From: Bacilli bacterium
GTDB taxonomy: Bacteria; Bacillota_I; Bacilli_A; RF39; UBA660
Reading direction: 5' to 3'
DNA: 29,892 nucleotides
NCBI GenBank assembly: GCA_022791215.1
Contig: JAAVYQ010000036.1
Location: 1 to 29,892, forward strand
Part shown: one piece after another, positions 1-8,055 of the stretch
Numbering within the stretch: the stretch's first letter is position 1
How the letters are laid out: every line of letters starts with the position of its first letter
The notes under the pieces: generated by a model
Told to the model about the DNA's origin: nothing
Seen by the model: only the letters and a program-made list of their open reading frames with translations
Database searches by the model: none
Made by a program: the position numbers and the translations under genes

Positions 1-6
1 CTCCAT
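1..6 (-). CDS. Probable start (ATG GAG) of a gene running off the left edge of the window
   Basis: Minus strand reads TAGAGGGAAGTT-ATG-GAG, an RBS-like GAGGGA upstream of an ATG at position 6. Only two codons are visible. Confidence 0.35.
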
Positions 7-100
7 AACTTCCCTCTAAACATTATTTTAAACTAAATTGGTAATATATGGAAGAATTTTCTTAAAATAAAAGAAAAACCATCAAATAATTTGAAAAGTT

Positions 101-898
101 TTACTTATTCATATCAACAAACTTAGACACAATATCCCTATCAAAAAGAACTCCCTTACCACCTTGCTCTAAAGGAGTACTACACAAAATAAGTTCATCC
201 AAAGCATCATGTACACTCTTTCCCTTTTTATAAACCCTATTTGTTACCATAGTATCAAAACTATCAGCGATCCCCAAAATTCTAGCACTCAAATCAGGAC
301 TATTACCATTTGGATAACCACTACCATCAAGTCTCTCATGATGCGACATAATTGTATTAAGAACATCGTCACTCAAAAAATTATGTAAAATATCATAAGC
401 ATAATCCGTGTGTTTCTTCATAATTCTATACTCAGAACTATCTAACTTACCTTGCTTACCAACAATCTTATCAGGAATCAAATATTTACCAGTATCATGT
501 AAAATTGCTGCCATATAAATATCCTTACACATAGACTCACTTAACTTTAACTCTCTAGCCAAATCATAAGCATACTTACCAACTCTAAGCAAATGACCCA
601 AACAACCCTCCTCTAACATCTCTATACTTTCATTCATCTTAAAAAACTCTTGAAGTTTTGATAAATCCACATTCTTAGTAAAAGAAACATCTAAATTACT
701 CACATAATCTCTAACATTCACAATAGGTATCTCTAACATTTTATACAAAAGCAATAACTCTTCAGGAACATCATCTACATTCTCAATAACCAAAGGACAA
801 GCCAAATTATACAAATTTTTTTCAACATCAAAACTATTCTTAGGAAGAGAATCTTTGTACTTTTCACTAACCTTATAATAACCAACCATAACCTTCAA
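101..898 (-). CDS. HD-GYP domain protein (putative cyclic-dinucleotide phosphodiesterase)
   Basis: Motifs GHLLRV, LHDTGK, KKHT, HHERLDGSGYP and IADSFD. About 90 aa of unrecognised N-terminal region. RBS AGGAGAG. Confidence 0.85.
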   Translation of the reverse strand: MKVMVGYYKVSEKYKDSLPKNSFDVEKNLYNLACPLVIENVDDVPEELLLLYKMLEIPIVNVRDYVSNLDVSFTKNVDLSKLQEFFKMNESIEMLEEGCLGHLLRVGKYAYDLARELKLSESMCKDIYMAAILHDTGKYLIPDKIVGKQGKLDSSEYRIMKKHTDYAYDILHNFLSDDVLNTIMSHHERLDGSGYPNGNSPDLSARILGIADSFDTMVTNRVYKKGKSVHDALDELILCSTPLEQGGKGVLFDRDIVSKFVDMNK

Positions 899-979
899 CT
901 CTACTCTCCTATAATATAATATTCCCTAATAAACATTACTTATACAAAAAAACATATAATTTAATAATAAACAAAAATA

Positions 980-988
980 TGATATAAT
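980..988 (+). promoter_or_regulatory. Extended -10 promoter (TGATATAAT) for the nfeD-SPFH operon
   Basis: TATGATATAAT lies about 25 nt upstream of ATG 1013. The same 11-mer precedes the genes at 7342 (7309-7319) and 26435 (26410-26420). Confidence 0.6.
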
Positions 989-1012
989 CTAAGTAGATTT
1001 GGAAGTGATCAA

Positions 1013-1450
1013 ATGAATATAAGTATAATTTGGATAATAATATTTATACTTTTAACAATCATAGAACTAGCGACAATAAATCTAGTCTCAATATGGTTTA
1101 TAATAGGAGCAATTGCGAGTTTCATAACAAGTTTAATAACGACAAACATAACCATACAAATAGCAACATTTATAATAGTAAGTTTTATAAGTTTAATAAG
1201 CACTAGAAAAATTACAAAAAAAATAAAAACAAAGAAAATCATACCTACCAATTTAGACAGAATAATTGGAATGAATGGAATAGTAACCGAAACAATAGAT
1301 AAATACATAGAAGGCGAAGTTAAAGTTGATGGAAAACTTTGGACAGCCAAATCAAAAGAAAAGATCAATAAAGGTAGCAAAGTAGAAATACTTTCTATAG
1401 AAGGAGTAAAATTATCCGTCAAAGAAATTAAGGAAGGTGAAGAAAAATGA
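1013..1450 (+). CDS. NfeD family membrane protein (short, YbbJ-like)
   Basis: Hydrophobic N-terminal half plus C-terminal OB-like segment (IIGMNGIVTE...GEVKVDGKLWTAKS...EGVKLSV). ATGA overlap with the SPFH gene. Confidence 0.9.
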   Translation: MNISIIWIIIFILLTIIELATINLVSIWFIIGAIASFITSLITTNITIQIATFIIVSFISLISTRKITKKIKTKKIIPTNLDRIIGMNGIVTETIDKYIEGEVKVDGKLWTAKSKEKINKGSKVEILSIEGVKLSVKEIKEGEEK

Positions 1451-2340
1451 TATGGATATTTTTAGGTATAATTTTATTTATCATAATCATAGGAGTTAAA
1501 ATAATACCACAATCAAGAGCAAAAGTCATCGAACGTTTAGGCTCATACCATGCAACTTTAGGAACCGGATTACACTATGTAATACCATTCATAGATAGAG
1601 TAGCGCAAGATGTAAGTCTAAAAGAAATAGTAAAAGACTTTGTTCCACAACCAGTAATAACAAAAGACAATGTTACAATGCAAATAGACACAGTAGTATA
1701 CTTTCAAATAACAGATCCAAAACTCTATACATATGGAGTTGAAAATCCAATAAATGCGATTGAAAACCTAACTGCAACAACACTAAGAAACATAATTGGA
1801 GACTTAGAACTAGACCAAACACTAACAAGTCGTGACATCATAAACACAAAAATGCGTGCAATACTAGACGAAGCGACTGATCCTTGGGGAATAAAAGTCA
1901 ATCGTGTAGAAGTCAAAAACATAATACCACCTAGGGACATACAAGAAGCGATGGAAAAACAAATGAGAGCCGAAAGAGAAAGGCGTGAAAAAATACTACA
2001 AGCCGAAGGTGAAAAAAAGGCAGCAGTACTAATAGCGGAAGGCGAAAAAGAAAGTGCTATACTAAGAGCAGATGCAAAACGCGAAACACACATTCGAGAA
2101 GCAGAAGGAGAGGCTCAAGCAATAATAAAAATACAAGAAGCAAATGCTCAAGGAATCAAACTTCTAAAAGAAGCAGGTGCTGATGAATCAGTATTAAAAC
2201 TCAAAAGTTATGAAGCGATGATAGAAGTAGCAAAAGGAAACTCAACAAAAATAATAGTACCAAGCGACTTACAAAATCTTGTAACCACAGGAACAATATT
2301 ATCAGAAACAATCAACAAAGATAAAAAACAAGAAAAATAA
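1447..2340 (+). CDS. SPFH/band-7 (stomatin/QmcA-like) protein
   Basis: N-terminal TM, VIERLGSY, QPVITKDNV, WGIKVNRVEVK and an AEGEK coiled-coil. Canonical NfeD-SPFH pairing. Confidence 0.93.
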   Translation: MIWIFLGIILFIIIIGVKIIPQSRAKVIERLGSYHATLGTGLHYVIPFIDRVAQDVSLKEIVKDFVPQPVITKDNVTMQIDTVVYFQITDPKLYTYGVENPINAIENLTATTLRNIIGDLELDQTLTSRDIINTKMRAILDEATDPWGIKVNRVEVKNIIPPRDIQEAMEKQMRAERERREKILQAEGEKKAAVLIAEGEKESAILRADAKRETHIREAEGEAQAIIKIQEANAQGIKLLKEAGADESVLKLKSYEAMIEVAKGNSTKIIVPSDLQNLVTTGTILSETINKDKKQEK

Positions 2341-2345
2341 AAAAT

Positions 2346-2385
2346 AAAGTAGAGAACAAACTTAACAAACGTTCCCTACTTTTTT
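2346..2385. terminator. Bidirectional intrinsic terminator between SPFH and the ABC transporter
   Basis: AAAGTAG-A-GAAC / GTTC-C-CTACTTT stem with A-run before and T-run after, between convergent genes. Confidence 0.75.
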
Positions 2386-2391
2386 AATACC

Positions 2392-4509
2392 TTAAAGTTC
2401 AAACTGTGAATTATACAAATCGGCATAAAAGCCTTTCTTACTCATCAATTCCTCATGATTACCAGTCTCTATAATATTACCATCTTTCATAACTAAAATC
2501 AAATCAGCATTCTTAATAGTAGAAAGTCTATGTGCAATAATGAAAGACGTTCTACCTTCCATAAGTTTATCCATAGCATGTTGAACCAATTCCTCAGTTC
2601 TAGTATCGACATTACTAGTAGCCTCATCCAAAATCAAGAATGGAGCATCCTCTATCATACCACGAGCAATAGTAAGAAGTTGTCTTTGCCCTGCAGAAAC
2701 AGTATCATTTTGACTAATATCAGTATCAAATCCCTGAGGTAAAGTCTTAATAAAATGAGTAAGTCCTACAGTATCACAAACCTCATTAATCTTATCATCA
2801 CTAATATCAACTCTATTATAAACAATATTTTCCTTCACTGTACCGCTAAACAACCAAGTATCCTGAAGAACCATAGTAAATAGAGAATGAATATTCTCTC
2901 TAGAAAGTTCCTTAGTTGAAACTCCATCTATCAAAATATCACCTGAATTAATTTCATAAAACTTCATAAGCAAATTAACCATAGTAGTCTTCCCTGCTCC
3001 AGTTGGTCCCACAATAGCAATCTTTTGACCAGACGATGCCTTAGCGCTAAAATCATTAATAATAACTCTAGACTCATCATATCCAAACTTAACATTCTTA
3101 AATTCAATATTACCTTTAACATCAGCCTTATCTAACACTTTAACTATATTATGTTGATCATCCATTTCTTCCTCATCAAGAAATTCAAACACTCTCTCAC
3201 TAGCAGCAGCCGTACTTTGCAAACTATTCATAGCCTGAGCGATCTCTGCCAAAGGAGAAGTGAACAACCTAACATAAGTAATAAAAGCAACAATAACACC
3301 AAAAGTAATACTACCATTAATAGTAAGAAGAGCACCAACAATACAAACTGCTACATACCCAAAATTACCAATAAACATCATCATAGGTTGCATAATACCT
3401 GCTAAAAATTGACTCTTTCTATTAGCATCATAAACCTTTTTATTAATATCATCAAACTTTTCATTAGAAACAGCCTTACCATTATAAGCCTTAACCACTA
3501 ATAAACCAGAATAAACTTCCTCTATATGAGAATTAAGTTTTCCAAGTTCCTCTTGCCTAGCCCTAAAATATTTTTGAGACTTACTTAAAATAATAAACAT
3601 AAATACAAAACCAATCAAACTAGCCACAATAGCAGTAATTGCCATCAAATAATTAGTAACAAACATCATCAAAACAGTACCAAACAAAAGAGTAGTCGCA
3701 CTAACCAAAGTTGCTAAAGACTGATTCATACTTTGAGCAATAGTATCAACATCATTAGTAACCCTTGAAAGAACATCTCCAGTTTGATTCCTATCAAAAT
3801 ACTTTAAAGGTAGACGATTAATCTTAAAAGAAATTCTATTTCTAAGTTTTCTAGCAAAATTATTAGACACAACAGTCATAATAATACCTTGAAAGAAATT
3901 AAGCAAAGCACTGATCAAATATAAACATCCCAAAAATATAGAAATCTTCTTAACCCTATCTAAATTCATAAAAGGCTTAACTGCTTCTCTAATAGACTCA
4001 GGACATTCATCAATACTTTTATATAACTCATTAACATCGTTTTTATTTTGAAGACCACTTAAAACGCTCATAAACTTAAGTTGATCATCAGTACTAATAA
4101 CAACTTTTTCAACACTAAACTTTGGCAAAATAATTTCAAGCGTATTCTTAGAAAGACCCATCAAGTCATTTATAAATTCTTCACTAGACTTACTACTAGA
4201 ATTAGTCATAACTGTCAAAAACTCATTCTTTTCCAAATCATTCAATTTATAACTACTAATAACCTCATTAACATTAATATTAGCAAACTTATTATTAACA
4301 GTATTAACAATACTCTCAAATTTTTCTTGATTAACAACAAGCCCACTTGAAATAGTATCAGTTAATTTAGAAAGTTGATTAGGTGCGACAATAGAAAGAA
4401 CACTACCACTAACAGCAAAAACCAAAGCAATAAAAATCAAAATTCTAAAACTTCTAAGTTCAGTAAAGAGCCTTTTAATAGATTGTCCAAAATTCTTTGA
4501 CTGTTCCAT
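2392..4509 (-). CDS. Type IV ABC exporter subunit (TMD+NBD), TM288-like, with a large extracellular insertion
   Basis: Walker A GPTGAGKT, signature VSAGQ, Walker B ILDEA, H-loop AHR. Start moved to ATG 4509 (MEQSKNF), which has RBS AGAGGAGG. Confidence 0.92.
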   Translation of the reverse strand: MEQSKNFGQSIKRLFTELRSFRILIFIALVFAVSGSVLSIVAPNQLSKLTDTISSGLVVNQEKFESIVNTVNNKFANINVNEVISSYKLNDLEKNEFLTVMTNSSSKSSEEFINDLMGLSKNTLEIILPKFSVEKVVISTDDQLKFMSVLSGLQNKNDVNELYKSIDECPESIREAVKPFMNLDRVKKISIFLGCLYLISALLNFFQGIIMTVVSNNFARKLRNRISFKINRLPLKYFDRNQTGDVLSRVTNDVDTIAQSMNQSLATLVSATTLLFGTVLMMFVTNYLMAITAIVASLIGFVFMFIILSKSQKYFRARQEELGKLNSHIEEVYSGLLVVKAYNGKAVSNEKFDDINKKVYDANRKSQFLAGIMQPMMMFIGNFGYVAVCIVGALLTINGSITFGVIVAFITYVRLFTSPLAEIAQAMNSLQSTAAASERVFEFLDEEEMDDQHNIVKVLDKADVKGNIEFKNVKFGYDESRVIINDFSAKASSGQKIAIVGPTGAGKTTMVNLLMKFYEINSGDILIDGVSTKELSRENIHSLFTMVLQDTWLFSGTVKENIVYNRVDISDDKINEVCDTVGLTHFIKTLPQGFDTDISQNDTVSAGQRQLLTIARGMIEDAPFLILDEATSNVDTRTEELVQHAMDKLMEGRTSFIIAHRLSTIKNADLILVMKDGNIIETGNHEELMSKKGFYADLYNSQFEL

Positions 4510-4519
4510 GCCTCCTCTT

Positions 4520-6283
4520 CTATTCATTATTTAATTCCTCCTCTGAAAGTTGTGAAAGGGCTATTTGCTTATAAACCTCACAACTATTTAAAAGTTCTTT
4601 ATGTGTTCCCATACCGACACAATTCCCACTATCTAACACCAAAATCTTATCAGCATTCATAATAGTACCAATTCTTTGAGCAACTATCAAACAAGTAGCA
4701 TTCTTAGTATGTTTCTTAAGTTCCTTACGAAGAGTCAAATCAGTCTTATAATCAAGAGCAGAAAAACTATCATCAAAAATATAAATCTCTGGATCTCTTG
4801 CAATCGCACGAGCTATAGCCAATCTTTGCTTTTGACCACCTGACACATTATTACCACCTTGAGCAATATGAGCATCGTACTTTCCATCCATCTTTTCAAC
4901 AAAATCCGATCCTTGTGCTATCTTAACTGCCTTCTTAATATCATTTTCACTCTTATCCCCACGACCATTGTCACCATAAGCAACATTAAACTTTACAGTA
5001 CCATCAAACATAACTGCTTTTTGAGGGACATAACCAATCTTATTATGAAGAACATCTTGCTTATAATCCTTAACATTAACTCCATCAATCAAGATTTCAC
5101 CCTCAGTAACATCATAAAATCTAGGCACTAAATTAATAAGAGTACTCTTACCACTTCCAGTACTACCGATAAATGCAACTGTATCTCCCTTATTTGCCTT
5201 AAAAGAAATATTTTTAAGTAAACACTCTTCAGCATCTGGGTACTTAAAACTAACATTCTTAAACTCAACAACACCAACTAAACCAGTATCAACCTCATCA
5301 ACATCTCCATCCTTAATACTAATATCACTTTCCATAACTTCATTAATACGCTCAGCAGAAACTTGAGCCCTTGGAACCATCATAAAAATCATTGCTAACA
5401 TCAAAAACGACATAATAACTTGCATAGCATAAGAACTAAACACTACCATATCTCCGAACAAAATCAACTTATCAGCCATCAAAGCAGAATCAATAATATG
5501 AGCCCCAATAAAATAAATAGCCAAAGTCAAAAAATACATGATCAAATACATAATTGGAGACATAATACTAAAGGCTTTTTGATTAAACAACTGAGTATTA
5601 GTCAACTCATCATTAACATCACTAAACTTTTTCTCCTGATACTCTTCCGCATTAAAAGCACGAACAACCCTAATACCTGTAACATTTTCTCTAGTAATAC
5701 CATTAATCTTATCGATTAACTTTTGAACCTTTTTAAATCTAGGAAGAACAATAACCATAAGAGAAATCACTGTACTCAAAAGAACCAAAACAGCAACTGC
5801 CACAACTGCACTCCACTGCCAATTTTTATTCAAAATCTTAGTAATAGCCCACACAGCCGTAATAGGTGCTTTAATAATTAACTGTAATCCCATAGAAATA
5901 AGCATTTGAATTTGAGTAATATCATTAGTAGTTCTAGTAATTAAACTACTAGTAGAAAATTGCTTAACCTCATGAATGCCCAATTCCTCAACCTTACTAA
6001 ACAGTTTCTTTCTAACCTTCATAGAAAAATTAGCAGAAATATTAGAAGCAGTATACCCCACAATAATCGCAGAAGTCAAACTACCTAATGCACACAAAAG
6101 CATATATCCACCATTCAAAAGAATATCTTTAATACTGCTTCCTTCAGTTTGAACCAAAACAGTAATTTGTGACATATAATCAGGCAATCTCAAATCAAGC
6201 CAAACTTGTCCAACTATCAAAAAAATAACAAACAAAATTAACAAAACATCTTTCTTACTAAAATTCTTAAAAATCTTAAACAT
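4520..6283 (-). CDS. Type IV ABC exporter subunit (TMD+NBD), TM287-like degenerate partner
   Basis: Walker A GSTGSGKS, signature VSGGQ, degenerate Walker B IFDDS and switch VAQR. Start moved to ATG 6283 (MFKIFKNF), which has RBS AAGGAGGT. Confidence 0.92.
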   Translation of the reverse strand: MFKIFKNFSKKDVLLILFVIFLIVGQVWLDLRLPDYMSQITVLVQTEGSSIKDILLNGGYMLLCALGSLTSAIIVGYTASNISANFSMKVRKKLFSKVEELGIHEVKQFSTSSLITRTTNDITQIQMLISMGLQLIIKAPITAVWAITKILNKNWQWSAVVAVAVLVLLSTVISLMVIVLPRFKKVQKLIDKINGITRENVTGIRVVRAFNAEEYQEKKFSDVNDELTNTQLFNQKAFSIMSPIMYLIMYFLTLAIYFIGAHIIDSALMADKLILFGDMVVFSSYAMQVIMSFLMLAMIFMMVPRAQVSAERINEVMESDISIKDGDVDEVDTGLVGVVEFKNVSFKYPDAEECLLKNISFKANKGDTVAFIGSTGSGKSTLINLVPRFYDVTEGEILIDGVNVKDYKQDVLHNKIGYVPQKAVMFDGTVKFNVAYGDNGRGDKSENDIKKAVKIAQGSDFVEKMDGKYDAHIAQGGNNVSGGQKQRLAIARAIARDPEIYIFDDSFSALDYKTDLTLRKELKKHTKNATCLIVAQRIGTIMNADKILVLDSGNCVGMGTHKELLNSCEVYKQIALSQLSEEELNNE

Positions 6284-6516
6284 ATAATTTACCTCCTTGA
6301 AACTTACTATTAGATAATAACTTAAAATCAAATAACCAAAACTTATTACGAACACAAAAATTATATAGTTATATAAAAACAAAGTCAATAACTATTATAT
6401 TACAATTACTGTTATTTAGCACAAATTTTACAAAAATTTCACAAATGTAAAAGTCACGTAAAAACAACAAAGAAACTTGTAAAATTTTACGCTTTTATTT
6501 TTCATAAAAATAAATA

Positions 6517-6546
6517 AAAGCATTTTAGGCTACTTTTGTCGAATAA
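6517..6546 (+). promoter_or_regulatory. SigmaH-like promoter upstream of the peptide gene
   Basis: AAAGCATTT-N12-GTCGAATAA, compared with the B. subtilis sigmaH consensus RNAGGAWWW-N11/12-RNNGAATWW (one mismatch). Confidence 0.5.
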
Positions 6547-6590
6547 AGAAGTAGAGGGGAAAAACAAACCCTCTAGAAAGGAGAAGAAAA

Positions 6591-6707
6591 ATGAATAAAA
6601 GTGAATTACAAGCCGTACAAGGCGGCATGATATTTTTACCATTCAAAAACGTACTTACAAAAGCAGCAAGTATGGTCTACAAAGTAGTAAAAATGATCTT
6701 AGGCTAA
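6591..6707 (+). CDS. Double-glycine leader peptide precursor (bacteriocin/pheromone-like), 38 aa: MNKSELQAVQGG|MIFLPFKNVLTKAASMVYKVVKMILG
   Basis: Translated by hand; below the ORF-track cutoff. RBS AGAAAGGAG. Leader has E(-8), L(-7), V(-4), GG. Core has 4 Lys and no acidic residue. Confidence 0.8.
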   Translation: MNKSELQAVQGGMIFLPFKNVLTKAASMVYKVVKMILG

Positions 6708-6807
6708 AACTTAAAAAGCAGGTTCTTAAAAACATACATAAAAAAACATCATAATAAAAAAGGACCTACATCGTATATTTGAGAACCATAATTTTTAAGT
6801 CAAAAAT

Positions 6808-6838
6808 AAAAACTGTTATGACCCATAGCAGTTTTTTT
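6808..6838. terminator. Bidirectional intrinsic terminator between the peptide gene and dfx
   Basis: AAAAACTGTTATG-ACC-CATAGCAGTTTTTTT hairpin. Confidence 0.8.
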
Positions 6839-6846
6839 AGAATATT

Positions 6847-7206
6847 CTATAAATTCTTCCACAAAGAGTGTTTATTACAAAAAGCATAAACCTCTAAACC
6901 TTGTTCAAAAGGAACAACACACTCAGGCTTTTCACCTGGATTAAAACTAATCAGCCTAGAATTCTTATTACTAATAACAAGAATCCATTTAATATAATGA
7001 TCCACATCCATAGGATGTTCAACCTCACCTACTCTAATAAAAACTTGATCATCTTCGATTTGAAGAACAGGTCTATGCTTAACATCTCCGTCTCCACTCA
7101 TAACTAAAACTTCAGACAAAGGCTCACTACAACAAGACAAAAGTCTTTCATTACCTTCCAAAACAGTAACAATATTCCCACATTTATTACACATTAAAAT
7201 TCTCAT
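6847..7206 (-). CDS. dfx: Desulfoferrodoxin / 2Fe superoxide reductase
   Basis: Centre I CNKCGN...CC. Centre II KHRP, HPM...HYIKW, CNKH. Confidence 0.88.
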   Translation of the reverse strand: MRILMCNKCGNIVTVLEGNERLLSCCSEPLSEVLVMSGDGDVKHRPVLQIEDDQVFIRVGEVEHPMDVDHYIKWILVISNKNSRLISFNPGEKPECVVPFEQGLEVYAFCNKHSLWKNL

Positions 7207-7341
7207 ACACTATCTCCTTATTAAGGATATTATACAACATAAAAAATAAAAATTCCACAAAATTATATGCACAAACAAAAATAAACATTATAAAAAAGTT
7301 TTACATTTTATGATATAATATATACAAAGTAGGAGTAAAAA

Positions 7342-8055
7342 ATGAAAAAAGAAACCAAAACAAAAGATGCTAAAGAAAGCACAAAAATATTTGCAAAAGG
7401 ACTATGTTGGCAAAAATTATTAATAATATTCATAATAGGATGCCTATTCGGAAACTACTATGAAATGATATTAAACCTAGTAAGACACTACCTTAGAGAC
7501 GGATCAATATTTTGGGAAGTAAGAAGAGGGTTCATATACTTTCCACTAAGTCCTGTATACGGAGCAGGAGCAGTATTAATGACATTAGCATTTGCCGAAA
7601 AAAATTACAAATGGCATCAAATATTAGTATATGGAGCAGTACTTGGAGGATCATTTGAATACATAATAAGTTTTTTACAAGAAACATTTACTGGAACAGT
7701 ATCATGGAATTACACAAAATATCCATTAGACATAAATGGAAGAACTACAATACCAATAATGATATTATGGGGAATACTATGTGTAATATTCATAAAACTA
7801 ATATACCCATACCTAAACAAAATAATAGAAAAAATCCCTTACAAAATAGGAAACACAATTGCAAAAATATTAATAATAATAATCACACTAGACGCAATAA
7901 TATCATTCACAGCAGTATTACGACAAACACTAAGAAGAGAAGGAATAAAACCAATCACGTTTATAGGAGAAATTTGTGACAAAATATACACTGACGAAAG
8001 ACTAAAAAAAGCATATCCAAATATGAAAATACCTAAAAGGAACGTGAAAAAATGA
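7342..8055 (+). CDS. Putative ABC-transporter type IV permease family (CmpB/TMEM229-like) membrane protein
   Basis: GNYYEM, RRGF...PLSPVYGAG, FEYIISFLQE, WNY, INGR and WG motifs; several TM segments. Confidence 0.75.
   Translation: MKKETKTKDAKESTKIFAKGLCWQKLLIIFIIGCLFGNYYEMILNLVRHYLRDGSIFWEVRRGFIYFPLSPVYGAGAVLMTLAFAEKNYKWHQILVYGAVLGGSFEYIISFLQETFTGTVSWNYTKYPLDINGRTTIPIMILWGILCVIFIKLIYPYLNKIIEKIPYKIGNTIAKILIIIITLDAIISFTAVLRQTLRREGIKPITFIGEICDKIYTDERLKKAYPNMKIPKRNVKK

Noticed and set aside
6284-6388. 35-aa hydrophobic N-terminal extension of the ABC subunit
   Set aside because: A strong RBS (AAGGAGGT) precedes ATG 6283. The extension is T-rich intergenic DNA read in frame.
6552-6750. PreQ1-I-like look of AGAGG..CCCTCT and GGTTC..AAAAAAC segments
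   Set aside because: The AGAGG/CCCTCT stem lacks the UUC loop and A-rich tail, the GGTTC segment has no closing stem, and no queuosine gene is downstream.
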